Source of the DNA: the human T2T-CHM13v2.0 reference genome, Homo sapiens | DNA length: 64,000 bases | Reading direction: 5' to 3' (one strand) | Assembly: GCF_009914755.1 (NCBI RefSeq) | Contig: NC_060936.1 | Notes under the pieces: model-generated | What the model saw: the letters and a program-made list of their open reading frames with translations, nothing else | Database searches by the model: none | What the model was told of the DNA's origin: nothing | Program-made: the position numbers and the translations under genes | Part shown: positions 14,700-28,789 of the stretch, piece by piece | How positions within the stretch are numbered: position 1 is the stretch's first letter | Layout of the letters: each line of letters begins with the position of its first letter

Positions 14700-15640
14700 T
14701 CAATAAACACATGAAAAGGTGGTGAACATCATTAGTCATCAAGGAAATGTAAAATAAATCACAATTATGAAACTCTATGAGTCATCACAATGGCTGCAAT
14801 TAAAAATCCTGGTGAGACAGGGAGTTGGCAGAGACGTGGAGTAACTGGGATCCTCCTGCTTTGCTGGTGCAATCAATACAGCAAGAGAACAATCACTCTG
14901 GGAAATAGTTTGCATGTTTCTTAAAAACGTAAGCATTCTCATCCAATATGATTCAGAAATCATGCCTTTAGGTATTTATCCAATAAAGATAAAAATATAT
15001 GTGCTTACAAAGACTTGTGTACAAATACCCTGTTTTGTTTTTAATAAATGATAGTCTAGAAACAGCCCCCCACCAAACAAAAACAAAAACAAAAACAAAA
15101 AACAAACTATTCTTATATATACAATAATACGGATAAATCTTAAAAAACGTTTTGCTTAGTAACATAAGCCAGACACAAAAGAATACATACTGCAGTCATT
15201 GTCCTTCATAACAGGGACATGTTTTTTGTTTTATGTTTTTTTAGAAAATTTGTTGTTAGGCAGTTTTGTCAGTGTGCAAACATTATAGAGTGGACTTATA
15301 TGAACCTAGAAGGTAGAGCCTACTACTCACCTAGACTGTATGGTGTCGCCTATTGCTCCCAGGCAACAAACCTACACAGGATATTGCTGTACTGAATACT
15401 ATAGACAAATGTAACACAATGGTAGATATTTGTAAGGCTAAACATAGAAAATGCACAGTAAAACCACGGTATTATAATCTTATGGGACCATCTTTGTGTA
15501 TGACATTATTATGTGGGCCATGACTGTATGATTCTTTATGTGAAATTCTGGAAAAGACAAATCAAGCCAATAGTGACACAACATGTCAGTGAGGCCCAAG
15601 GCTGTAGTTGCAAGAGTGTGCACAATGAAGGGGTGATGAT
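14700..15640 (+). mobile_element. Old L1M 3' fragment split by Tigger3a
   Basis: catgaaaaggtggtgaacatcattagtcatcaaggaaatg...aagccagacacaaaagaatacatactg, resuming tatgattc. Confidence 0.75.
15193..15526 (+). mobile_element. Tigger3a/MER7A DNA transposon MITE
   Basis: Terminal inverted repeats cagtcat.../...atgactg, followed by TA; internal gcctactactcacctagactgtatggt. Confidence 0.85.
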
Positions 15641-17802
15641 GGAAGTGGTATATACGTGATCAGGCTCGAGCAGGTCCTGAAGGCACAAGTAAGTTACATG
15701 AGGAAGGGACTCAAATGCTCATGGTCTTCACTTCTGCCACCTGGCCTTCTCTCCCCCAGCTGGCACCGATGGCCTCGTGGGGAGTTTCCTATGCTCAGTT
15801 GACAGAGGAAGAGACGACTAGGGTCTTCTGTACAGATGGTTCCGCCTGATATGCAGGTACCACCTGAAAATGAACAGCTGCAGCACTAACAGCCCCTTTC
15901 TAGGACACCTTTGAAGGACAGTGACAAAGGAAAATCTTCCCAGTGGACAGAACTTTGAACAGTGCACCTGGTTGTGCACTTTGCTTGGAAGGAGAAGTGG
16001 CCAAATATGTGGTTATATACTGATTTATGGGCTGTAGCCAGTGATTCGGCTGGATGGTCAGGGACTTGGAAGAAGCATGATTGGACAATTGGTAACAAAG
16101 AAATTTGGAAAAGGGGTATGTGGTGGACCTCTCTGAATGGTCAAAAACTGTGAAGATATTTGTATCCCATGTAAGTGCTCACCAATGGGTGACCTCAGCA
16201 AAGGAGGATTTTAATAATCAAGTGGATAGGATGGCTTGTTCTGTGGACACCACTCAGCCTCTTTCCCCAGCCACCCCTGTCATTGCCCAATGGGCCCATG
16301 AACAAGGTGGCCATGGTGGCAGGGATGGAGGTTATGTATGGGCTCAGCAACATCGACTTCCACTCACCAAGGCTGACCAGTTTATGGCCAACGCTGAGTG
16401 ACCAATTTGCCAGCAGCAGAGACCCACACTGAGCCCTTGATATGGCACCATTCCTCAGGGTGATCAACCAGCTACTTGGTGGCTGCTCTTCCATCATGGA
16501 AAGAGCAGCAGTTTGTCCTCACTGGAATAGATACTTACTCCGGATATGGGTTTGCCTATCCTGCATGCAATGCTTCTGCCAAGACTACCATCCGCGGACT
16601 CACGGAATGCCGTATTCACTATCATGGTATTCCACACAGCATTGCCTCTGACCAAGGCACTCACTTTATGGCCAAAGAAGTGTAGCAGTGGGCTCATGCT
16701 CATGGGATTCACTGGTCTTACCATGTTCCCCATCATCCTGAAGCAGCTGGATTGATAAAATGGTGCAATGGCCTTTTGAAGTCACAATTACAACACCAAC
16801 TAGGTGACAATACTTTGCAGGGCTGGAGCAATGTTCTCCAGAAGGCTGTGTATGTCTGAATCAGTGTCCAACATATGGTCCTGTATATCCCATAGCCAGG
16901 GTTGATGGTTCTAGGAGCCAAGGGATGGAAGTGGAAGTGGCACCTATTACTATCACCCCTAGTGACCCACCAGCAAAATTCTTGTTTCCTTTTTCCCACG
17001 ACATTACGTTCTGCTGGCCTAGAGGTCTTAGTTCCAGAGGGAAGAATGCTGCCACCAGGAGACACAATGATTCCATTAAACTGGAAGTTAAGATTGCCAC
17101 CTGGCCACCTTAGGCCCCTCCTACTCCTAAGTCAACAGGCTAAGGAAGTTACAGTGTTGGCAGGGATGATTGACCCAGACTATTGAGATGAAATCAGTCT
17201 ACTACTCCACAATGGAGGTAAGGAAGAGTATGAATGGAATACAGGAGATCCGTTAAGGTGTCTCTTAGTATTACCATGCTCTGTGATTAAGGTCAACGGG
17301 AAACTGCAAGAGCCCAATCCAGGCAGGACTACATATGGCCTAGACCCTTCAGGAATGAAGGTGTGGGTCACTCCACCAGGCAAAAAAACAAAAAAAACAA
17401 TGACCTGTTGAGGTGCTTGCTGAAGGCAAAGGGAATACACATTGGGTAGTAGAGTAAGGTAGTTATCAATACCAACTATGACCATGTGACCAGTTGCAGA
17501 AACGAGGACTGTATATTTCCTTCTTATTTTGTTAAGAACATGTTTGTGCATGTATACACGTGCACTAAGAAAATATCTTCATTTTTTATTTCCTTTCTTT
17601 TCCCTTTATTATGTGACATAAGATTTATTAACTCCAAGTCAGCATTTAAGTATTGTTAACTTTATGTAATGGCATTTAGATTAAGGATTGGTGCACTTAA
17701 GGTTGTACGAAGGATAGCTGTATTATGTTAGGCATAATTATAACCCCATTATTGTCTCTATTTGAAGTTTATGTATGATTTCAGGAGATGGGTATGGGTT
17801 CA
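15640..17802 (+). mobile_element. HERV-L internal fragment (RNase H, integrase, dUTPase pseudogene frames), no adjacent LTR
   Basis: VHFAWKEKWPNMWLYTDLWAVA (RNase H), WAHEQGGHGG (integrase zinc finger), GIDTYSGYGFAYP...IASDQGTHF (integrase core), LPPGDTMIPLNWKLRLPPGH...AGMIDPDY (dUTPase); many stops and frameshifts. Confidence 0.92.
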
Positions 17803-18199
17803 GTTCCCCTGAGCATTAAAGGAGCTCACAGCCAGAACAAGGCCTGACCAAGGGTGAGGGGCTCAGGGAACAAAGCCACATTCCTGCTGCTATTATCATC
17901 ATCTACCTGGTCTTGGAGCGAGCACACCCGGTACCCACAGAGCATGACATTAAGTTGAAAACATTTAAATAGTAGTCAGACCAATCACCTCCCCGCCATT
18001 CACAACTCTCCAGTGATTGCATATCTTTTCAAGTAAAGCCACAGCCTAGCTGTAGACTACAAGGTTCTGCACTATTAGCTCCTCTCACCCCTTATCAGAG
18101 GGAGGCCTTGGTAACCTTCGGTGTCCTGCCCCATTCTGCATTTCTGTATGTTTCACCTGCCCACCTGCTGCCCCAGGTGATGTCCACAGGGACTCATGC

Positions 18200-18900
18200 T
18201 AATTGAGCCCCAACAGCAGGCTGCTCTAGGCATTAGGTAAGAAACACACTTAAACCTTTCAGCCCTGAGCAGGAGCAACTCTTTATTACCCTAGTTTACA
18301 GATGATGAAGCTGAGGCCCAGAGAGATGCAACCACATCCCCAAGGTCCCAGGGCATGTGGGGAAGCCTGCCTGGATCTCATCCAGATATGGGGGAGCCAG
18401 CAGCCTTCCTGCTGGGACAGCTGTTTACAGGAGCTCTTGTCATGCTCTGTGGGTACTGGGTGTGTTTGCTCCAAGATGAGGTGGATGATGATAGCAGCAG
18501 TAGGAATGTGGTTTTGTTCCCTGAGCCCTCACCCTTGGTCAGGCCTTGCTCTGGCTGCGAGCTCCCTTAATGCTCAGGGGAACTCTCAGGCCAGGGTCAC
18601 TGCTAGACTCACGCTACTCATACATCTTCCATGGCAGGCTCTGACTCTCCCTTGCCGCAGAGGCGGTGGAGCACAGAGAGGTTATGCAGCCTGTTGTAAA
18701 TGTTCTATGCTCAGCTTAGCAGTGAAGAGTCAGATGTTGTGGGTTAAGACATAGCCTTGCAGTTTTTTACTGGGGGCCTTGAGGTCTCTCATAACCATTC
18801 TGTGCCTCAGCTATTTTATCTGTAATCAGCAGAAATGTGTCCCTACCTCCCTGGATCGTGGTGAGGAATGCCTGAGTTTGCTTTGGTTAAGCACTTAAGG
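18200..18900. mobile_element. Two MIR fragments
   Basis: ttacagatgatgaagctgaggcccagagag at 18297; ctgtgcctcagctattttatctgtaa at 18801. Confidence 0.6.
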
Positions 18901-20258
18901 GAATGGATGGTGGATACTGCTTGCTTTACGAGTACTAGTTAGAATTTTTATTACTGACTTGGGAACCAGTGAGAGCTTCATAAAGGCTGCTCCTCTCACT
19001 GCCCTGTCCCCTTGATCAAAGGCTCTGTCCAAGCCAGGTTTCCTGACCCCAGGCCAGCTCCTGGGTCCTGCACACACCCAGTTCCTCATGAGAATGATAT
19101 GGATACTGTCTCTGATTTTCCCTCTCTCTCAACTTCTTTATCATCACAAAGTCCAATGAAGCCTCTCTCCTAGAGACTTCCTGATTCTCTGAACTTGATG
19201 CCTGCTGCCCTAACATGAACCTAGGCTTCATTATGTCTCACCATGTGTATTACAATATCTGCATAGCAGGTCCCCTTCCAGTGGGTCTTCGTTCCACAAC
19301 GAAAGGAACAGGAGTGCTCTCAAACAGGAATCTGGCTGTGTTACTGCCCTGCCTAAGACCTTCTGAGATGCCTTCTGTTGTCCATGAGATAAAGTCCAAA
19401 CTTGGCCACATGAATCTTCATGACTTCTCCCCATTATGGCTAAAGATTCCATTAGTCCAAGGCCATCTTCTTTCCTGAAATCTAAAGCCCACGTCCTTGC
19501 TTCCTCTTGGTTCTGAGCACCTGCCTCTTCACTTTCCACCCAGTCCCACCTGAGAAGAAATCACTTCCAGGTCCTTCCTCAACTTCTTGAATATTCATGT
19601 CCCTTTGCTGTGTGCTCCCAGATCATTCTAGCAATGCTTAAGACAGTATTTCATTACCCCCTGTGAAGGCAGGAGACACATTTGTCTTATCACCTCTCTC
19701 CCCAGCACCCAAGATGCTGACATGTGGTTCGTGGCCCCATGTAGCAATCGGAAGAATGAATAAGTCCGCGGTTCCAAAGCCCGTGCTCTTTCTTCCATGC
19801 GGCAGCACAGCTCTGGCCAATCCAATGAATATGATGTGTTTTTTAAAAATTACTGATCATTTTCAATTTAGACCCTAAAAACATATCACTGAGTCTACCA
19901 AATTCAGCTGACTTGTATTAATTGAGCTGATTTGATGAGTTTATTTGAGAGCTCACCTGGTTTTTTACCGGATATTTACATAACTTTTCTCCTTACTCGA
20001 TCAGGAAAAATGCAAACTAAAACTGTTTCATTTTTCACGAGGTGATCAAATATAGTTTTAGCTAGTGTAATGCCTTACCCCCAAGGAGAAATATGCTAAG
20101 AAAAGAGTACGTTATATAATAATATTAAAATTTGTTTTCTATAGGAAAAATTCTGGAAGATTCTGCACCAAAAATTAACAGTATGTACCTGTGGGGGTAA
20201 AATTGTGAGAAAAGGGAAGATTTCACGTTTTCATAAAAAATACTTCAATGTGAAGAGG

Positions 20259-20558
20259 TTTTTTTGTTTTTATTTTTGACATAGGGTCTCATTCTGTCAC
20301 CCAGGCTGGAGTGCAGTGGCACAATCGCGGCTCACCACAACCTAGACCTCCCAGGCTCGGGTGATCCTCCCACCTCAGCCTCTTGAGTAGCTGGGATTAC
20401 AGGCACGCACCACCACGCCTGATTAATTTTTGTAATTTTACTAGAGACATGGTTTTGTCATTTTGCCCAGGCTGGTCTCGAGCTCCTGAGCCCAAGCAAT
20501 TCTCCCTGTAGGGCCTCCCAAAGTGCTAGGGTTACAGGTGTGAGCCACCGTGCCTGGC
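20259..20558 (-). mobile_element. AluJb
   Basis: Antisense Alu with ggtgatcctcccacctcagcc; flanked by gaggttttt on both sides. Confidence 0.92.
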
Positions 20559-21977
20559 TGAGGTTTTTGAAGGAAAATGTTTATGGCTAATTGATAATAT
20601 TCATAAAATGTTTTCTAATATATTAAAAAAACAAAATTGTCAGCACGTACACGTTCAAAATTCTACAGTTATTTCATTAGCTGCAGAAAAAGCATCTAAC
20701 AAAATTCTACATTGACCATAATGCAAAAAATAAACGTGTAAAATTATAACCACCAGGGAAGCATATTAGCCTGTTGCAGAATAGTCACAATGAGTGAGCT
20801 ATAGCACATATTATACCTAATGGCAAAATGTTGAAAGCGACCTTTGTCCAGAAATGAGACATAGTCGTCCAATATCACCAATTCTGTTACACATTGTACT
20901 GAAGCCCTAGCCAATCTGCTAACAGAACAAAAGGAAACAAAACAATTAAGGACTGGGAAAGAAGAAATGAAACTGCCATTATATGCATAGTATAACCATA
21001 TATACAGACATTATTAAAATATAGAGATAATTTTAAAAATTAATGAGTAAATTTAGAAAGTGTGAATCTAATATCATTATAAAACATCAACCATTTTTTA
21101 TGTTCCAGTAACAGACACTCAGAAAATACATTAAATCTTGCAATTTACAATATGGTGAAAAGATACAATGTGAAGACTAAATCTAATGAAAGATATTCAA
21201 GACTCCTACAATGTAAACTATTATGCATTACTCAGATGAATTAAATAATGTATGCATAACTGGTTATACCACAGTCGTGGAATAGACATCCTAATGTAAG
21301 CATCTTAATATAGTTTCCATAAAACTCCAGTCAAAATCTCAGAAGATATTTGACAAATTTATTCTAAACTTCACAAATGCAAAGGGCTAGGAATAGCCAA
21401 GAAAATCTTTAAGAAGAGGAGTGCATTGGAAACAGTGCATTATCAGAAATAATACAATGCTGTCATAATTGCCTCAGCATGGTATGGGTGCAAAAGTAGA
21501 GAAATAGGCCAATGGATCACAAGAGCACACCCAGAAACAGATCTGCCTATATATAGAAACCTGACTTATGTCAAAGATGACTCTGCATTGAGGCGGAGAA
21601 AGGGCTCTTTTTGGTAAATAGTGCTGGGTTCATTGGTATATTATACTGAAAAAATAATAATTATGACCATTGTCTCACACTACATAAAAAACCAGTTCCA
21701 TGTGAATTTTAGAGCTCTCTACAGAAGGCAAGACACTGGACTTCTAGAAGAAAACATGTTTGGGTAAGCAAAGATTTTTTAAACAAGACGTAACAAGCAA
21801 TAGACACAATCAAACATTGATAAATTAAACTACATTAAAACTAGGAACTTCTATTCATCAGAATGCCACATTGAGAACATAGAAAGGCAAACCACAGAAT
21901 GGCAGAAAATGTTTTTACATATAAAATCAACAAAAGGCACATCTCTAGGAAGTATAAAGAATTCTAGAAATCCGTAA

Positions 21978-22331
<354 letters not shown>

Positions 22332-23024
22332 TGCAAAATTTCTTTAAAAGTCACTTAAAAAAATTGAGGAGTGGGTGGCTAATGTCCAAAGAATCAATAA
22401 ATACACCAAAATACTTTCAAACTCATTAGTCATAGAAGTACACATTACAACCACAATATGATTACTTATGTAGACACCAAAATGGCTAAACATTCAAAAG
22501 TCTGACAAATATCTCCTATGGATGAGGATTTTGAGTAATTGGAATTATCATATACTGTGGGTGGGTATGAAAACTAGTGAAACTGCTGTGGAAAATGAGT
22601 TGGCATTATCTACTGAATATAGCCAAGCCCTCCAGCCCAGCAATTTCACATGTGCACCAAAATACATGTACATGAATGTTACTAGCACCATTATTAAAAT
22701 AGCCGCCAATCTGACACAACCCAAATACTCATCATCAGTAGAACGAGCAAATACATTTTGGCATATTCCTACCAAATATACTGTATGAAATGAAAATGAA
22801 TGTGCCGCTGATACAAACAACAGGTACATCTTACTAACTGAATCCCGAATGAGAGAAGCTGAGCAGCAAGTGAATACATCCTGCTATGTTTCCATCACTG
22901 TGAAGCTCAAAACAGACAACGCTGGTCTGCATATGAGGGTATGGGGGCCTGGGGGCGTGAGGGTGGGAAGTGATAGAAGGTGCTTTATGGAGGATTTGGG
23001 GGCCACCGTGATGGTTTCTTTCTC

Positions 23025-23333
23025 TCTCTCTCTCTTTTTCTTTTTTCTTTTGTGATGGAGTCTCACTCTGTCGCCCAGGCTGGAGTGCAGTGGCGCGATC
23101 TCAGCTCACTGCAAGCTCTGCCTTGTGGGTTCACGCCATTCTCCCTCCTCAGCCTCCTGAGTAGCTGAGACTACAGGCACCCGCCACCATGCCCGGCTAA
23201 TTTTTTTTGTATTTTTAGTGGAGACGGGGTTTCACCGTGTTAGCCAGGATCGTCTCGATCTCCTGACCTCGTGATCTGCCCGCCTTGGCCTCCCAAAGTG
23301 CTGGGATTACAGGCATGAGCCATCATGCCTGGC
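23025..23333 (-). mobile_element. AluY
   Basis: gcaagctctgcc...ttcacgccattctc and gtgttagccaggat...gatctcctgacctcgtgatc diagnostics. Confidence 0.92.
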
Positions 23334-25059
23334 TGATGTTTTATCTCTTGATGCAGGAGAAGGTTGTATATGTTTATTCACTTTGGAATTATCAAACTAC
23401 ATACATCTGACTTATATGCTTTTCTGAAGTCCTGTTACAGTTCAATTTTTAAAGAAGATTTCAAAAATGCAGATGTCGACCCCATATATTTTAAGAGGAA
23501 AATATTGGAAGAAATTGTGCTATTTCCTTTGGTGCTCTGTATCTTGGAACTATCCCATAAATACTGATGAATTTGCATGAGTTACTGGGAATATCATTAC
23601 TGTGAGTATTATTTTCTCAGAATATACATGAGGGGAAAGAAGCCTCAAATCAAATCTCGAATGTCATGAGCCACATTCTTTCTGGAGCTTTAGGGGAAAA
23701 CATTTTCTTATCTATGAAATTTGCATGGTGCTTCTCCAGGCCCATAACAATGGATGAGGGAGAAATTGGAACATTTTTTACATTTTGCTGCAAGCAGAGA
23801 GTATTTATAATTACGCTGATTTAACCTCTAGTTCACTTTTCCTGACAAAATTCAGATCCATGAAGGTAAGTCTGCCAAAGCCCAAATAGATTCGTGGATA
23901 TCACACTTGGCTGCTGACCCTAAAAAATGCAGAAATGTTGGGTTAAAATTATGAATGGAGTATGAATTGAGTATGTCTTCAAGGACTAAATGTGTCTTAT
24001 TCATTTAGGCTGGTAAGAGGCAAGACTGGTAAGAGAGAGGGCGTCTCCATAGCTGAACTCCTGGCTCATGTAATTTATTTTGTATTGATAAATATATTCC
24101 AGTATCCTGGAGTGAAAATCGTGAAAATAAACAGGCATTTTCAATTCTTTTGCAGGAAAACATTAGCTTGCTTTTGCGTGGGGGAGTGAGAAGGGAGATG
24201 ACTTTATAGAGAAGACTGATCAGCATTAGAATAAAATATTTATCTAATAGTCTGAGATTTCTCTTTAGGAGAAAGGACTTTTCCATCAGCAAAAGAAATG
24301 CATATGTATCAGATTATCTTAAAGAGATTCATACACAGCTGTTGGAATCAACTCCTGCTAAGGGTGAACAGTGCAGTGAATAGCAAACATGATATATGCA
24401 AATAATTTTCCATTATAAACATAGATTATTTTCTTTTTCCTAAACTATGGCAATCACAATAAAAATGATTAACTGTGCTGAGAGGAAAGAGGTGGCAGTG
24501 GGGAATCTGAGGTAGCATTCATGTTTGGCTTCGTCAAATTGTGCACCTTTTTATCTTCTAAGTTAATGGTATTGTACTTACAAGCTTTGCATATTCTAAT
24601 TTATTTCCCCAGACTGCAAATGATTTTCCTTGTGCTAAACCAGCTTCATAAGGTCTCGTGGATAATCCTGCTACTTGGTTTTTATCCTCAAATGTGTTTG
24701 CACAGATGGGATTTCCGATGTGGAATAATGAGCAGTCTGGTGGTATCCCACTGCAGACCCTGACCCTCCCCATCTGTCTCATGGTGGGTGGTCCCTGACA
24801 CACTTGCTGTCTGGGCAACTCCTCTTGGCTTCATTAGTGCAGAATGAACAGTGCAGCATGCGCATAGTTTCAGCCCTCACGTGTTCAAAGTCCCTTAGCT
24901 TGAGCAAAGCCACAGGAAAACCTCAGCGCTGAGTCCCTTAAAATATTCACACTATGCCAACACAGTCACGATCACCAGCACTAATGTGCACACTGAAATG
25001 GGGGTGGGTTACTTGGTTTTAAAGTGTCACATAGATGTGGTCCAGATTATGTCTCAAAC

Positions 25060-25300
25060 AACAATCTACCCCGTACTCTTTCTAAAGAAGCTACAGGACA
25101 AAGTTATCTACCGAAGTGAGGAAGTAAAGCAAGAAAGAGCAGGACATGAGGTATAGGAAATGGGGGGTCTAGCCCAGAAGCAAGTGCAGGGATACCCCAG
25201 GTGGTGGCGAAGAGAGTGCCCAGGGGACAGCTGTGGCCAGGCACAGAGGGCACCCAGGCCTGATGCGGCCAGTCAGCAGAGCAGGAGGCTGTTTCAGGAA
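25060..25300 (+). mobile_element. Possible HAL1/L1M fragment
   Basis: agcaagaaagagcaggacatgaggtataggaaatggggggtctagcccag resembles HAL1; weak. Confidence 0.35.
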
Positions 25301-26151
25301 GGTGTTGGTTAAACCTGACGTGGTCAGTTTCCTTCACTGTAAGGGGTGTGATTTAGCCATCTCTCAAGGGTATTATGACAAATGAATATGTCACATATAA
25401 TTGTTGATATTGCCCCCCTCCCTCCACTTTTCCTAAGAAAGAATTTCTTTTTACATGTAAAGTTTCCAATAATAGGATCTTGTACAAAGCAGAAAAATAG
25501 GAAATTATTTTTTCAGCAGCAGTGTGAGCTAATGAATAAGACACAATTTTTAAATTATTTTGTAAATTTTAAAGGCAACACATACATAAGAAACAACTGT
25601 AACTCATAACCATATTGTATTTTCTTAAATAAAATAACTTAAATTGCCTGTAATTGGCTTAATTGTTAACATTTGTAGAAAACATAAGATCAGGGAGAGA
25701 GTTAAAGAGGCAGGTGACCTCTGTCTCTTGTTATCAAAAGGCTATGGCAGAATCATATGTTATCCAGTTTCAAAAGAAGCCTCAGAAAATGTCTTTCCGT
25801 AGCTTCAGATGATTTAAAATTGATCTCCTATAGCTTGTCCCACTTTTGTATTCTTAGGCACAGATAAAATAGTTGCTCTCAATTGTAAGGCAAACTGCTT
25901 TGAGGACTCAGGGTCCAGTCATGTTGCTATTCTCAGGGTTTACTCCTGGTGTTAGATTATATTTCCTTTGTAATCCCGTTATAGAGAAAATAGATGCGCC
26001 ATAACTTTTTTTAAAACTCTGATTCCAAGTTATCGGGCTTCACTGTTCAAGTGATCAAACATACTTTTGTAAACAGATAAACTTGCCAAGGCCGATTGAA
26101 TGCACACATACATGTATTCCTGTGTGTGTTTAATATTACACAAAGACACCA

Positions 26152-26815
26152 TAGTTTTTAAAGACTATTTTAAAATCAACTTTAGATTCACAGCAAAATT
26201 GAGAGGAGAGTACGGAGACTCTGTTTACCCCCATTCCCACACACGGACAGCCTTCCCCAATATCAACATCCCTCACCAGAGTGACACATTTGTTACGATG
26301 AACTGTAGCCCATCGAAGGGCCTATGGGCTTCTAAACACATGTCAGAACTTTGACTCTATAAACAAAACTCATTTAACTTAAAGCTGACCCTTGTAATAC
26401 AATAGGGAGTGGTGGGGACTGTGGTAATTGACACATCATTATCACTCAAAGTTCACAATTTACATTAAGGTTCATTCGTGGTGGTGTAGAATCTATGGGT
26501 TTGGGCAAACGTATAATGACATGTATCCATCATCATAACATACTACATAGCAGTGTCATTGCCCTAAAAATCCTCTGTGCCCCTCTATTTATCCTTTCCT
26601 CATCCATACCCCCTGCCAACCACTGATCGTTTGTCTCCATAATTTTGACTTTTCCAGAATGTCATGTAGTTGGAATCATAAGGTATGCAGAGATTAGCTT
26701 TTCATGTAGTAATATGCACTTCAGTTTCCTTCATGTCTTTTCACTGCTTGATAGTTCATTTCTTTTTAGTGTTGAATAAGATTCTGTTGTCTGGATATAA
26801 CATGGTTTATTGAGA
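26152..26815 (-). mobile_element. L1M (MC/MD-like) 3' end interrupted at about 26304-26427
   Basis: tttagattcacagcaaaattgagagga...catttgttacgatgaac, resuming ttgacacatcattatcac...ttttccagaatgtcatgtagttggaatcat. Confidence 0.8.
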
Positions 26816-27772
26816 CATCATAATATTGCTGTAGAAAAGTTTGGGAACCAGGGTGGGAGCGAGCACTGTGCAAATTGCCCCCAAGTTTCCATCTGACAAA
26901 CATGATATTTACATTTAGTAAAATTTTCCTAAGCATCTTCAGGTATGTCTTTATCAGGCAAAGAGGGTCAGAGTTGAGCAGGACTGTAGCTCCTGCCCCG
27001 GAGACACAGCATAGAAACAGCTGCTGTCCAAGGTAGATACAGGCGATGAGATGTATATGGAATCCTGCAGGTTCTTAGGGGGCGGGTCTTAAGGTTTCCA
27101 GACGACATGAGATTAACCTGAGTGTCTGCGGAAGGGAAATTTGAAATTGGGCCTTGAAGGATGTTTGCATCAAGAGAGAAGCAAAGTCATTCCTGGCAAC
27201 AGACACACAATGAATGAAAACTGTGCCTTGGAGAGAGAACACATGTTCCACCCAGAGTATTTAAACTCAGGGAGTGTTTGAATAGAGAGCACCCTTTGGA
27301 ATTGGAGGGAAGGGATAGTCTTTCTGAGCTGACCTTAGTGACCAAAGAAAACTGAATTCAGAACGGATGCAAAGTGAGCTCCCAGTTGTTAGTCTAAGCC
27401 TACATTTCATCTGTTACTCTTGTTTATTCAGGATTCAGGAAAAAATTGTGAAGATGGCCTTTCAGATAGCTATCAGTTTGTTTCCAAGTATAAGCGAGCT
27501 GCCTGAAGACTTTTACAGAAAAGTATCCACAACATGGATAGGTGAAAAATCTGTGTTGAGAGAATGAGATGAGAAACAGAATGAAAACTAGAGCATAGTG
27601 AGGTATACTCAGATGAAAAATACCTATTCACAAAATATCACAATGCAATTTGCAAGGATAAATGTTTTTTTTCTAGACTGATATCAAACACATTAGGGTG
27701 GTGCCTATGAACAGAAAAAGAATACTAGTGGATTTGGAGAATGAGAGTAAAGAAGAAATGATAAAAGCGACC

Positions 27773-28111
27773 TTTTTTTATTATACTTTAAGTTTTAGGG
27801 TACGTGTGCACAACGTGCAGGTTAGTTACATACGTATACATGTGCCATGTTGGTATGCTGCACCAAGTAACTCGTCATTTAACATTAGGTATATCTCCTA
27901 ATGCTATCCCTCCCCCCTCCCCCCACCCCACAACAGACCCCGGTGTGTGATGTTCCCCTTCCTGTGTCCAAGTGTTCTCATTGTTCAATTCCCACCTATG
28001 AGTGAAAACATGCGGTGTTTGGTTTTTTGTCCTTGCGATAGTTTGCTGAGAATGATGGTTTCCAGCTTCATCCATGTCCCTACAAAGGACATAAACTCAT
28101 CATTTTTTATG
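27773..28111 (-). mobile_element. Short L1PA (PA3-5-like) 3' fragment
   Basis: tttattatactttaagttttagggtac...gtccctacaaaggacataaactcatc. Confidence 0.92.
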
Positions 28112-28379
28112 AACCAGTGATTATAGTATAATATTAATTGAGGAGAATGGTCACCTGAACTCTGTGCTCTCATTACAAGGACATATTTTAAGCAATCAAA
28201 AATATTTTTAAAGAAGCTTGTACAAACCAATGGGTGTAAACACGGATCTGAGTCTCTAATTAAATGAATTAAAAGTCTCCAATTTCTGTTTATAGGGTCA
28301 AGATTCTGATGTGGGTTTAGAAGCCCATAGGTCCTAAGGAACTCAGTCTTCTTTGGCATATAATTCAGAGTATGATGAG

Positions 28380-28720
28380 GCCTGGAGTCACAAATACAAA
28401 TGTGCACAGCAGCCAGGAGCAGGTAATCTATACGAGGAAGCTGACCCCTGTAAGACAATAGAGAGTGGTGGGGACTGTGGCAAGCTGAAGAGCACATGTC
28501 TCATCGAAAGCATGCAGTGTCTGTTTCCTCACCTCCTGTGGATCATAGCTATGTGGGAATATGGACCCTGTTACCACATCCTCAATTATTTTATTGAAAA
28601 GACAGATATCCTGAACTTAAGGTAAAATCTTCAAACATTTTAAAGCAATAGACGGAACAAAGGGACCATTTCTGAGGACCAAATCCAACCTCTGGGTCAC
28701 AAGTGCAACCTTTGACCCAC
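28380..28720. mobile_element. hAT-Charlie-type MITE (MER102-like)
   Basis: gtcacaaatacaaatgtgcacagcagccaggagcaggtaat...gtggggactgtggcaagctgaagagcac; family uncertain. Confidence 0.45.
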
Positions 28721-28789
28721 ACCGTGCTTCCCAGCTTCCCCATCCCCTTCATCTGACATCCAAAACACTCAAACAGTTGACTAATCTCC

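Noticed and set aside
23790-23873. Possible small exon ending at AAG/GTAAGT; a similar donor CAG/GTGAGT lies at about 1456
   Set aside because: Isolated consensus splice sites are common by chance; there is no convincing acceptor or coding frame, and RNA evidence would be needed.
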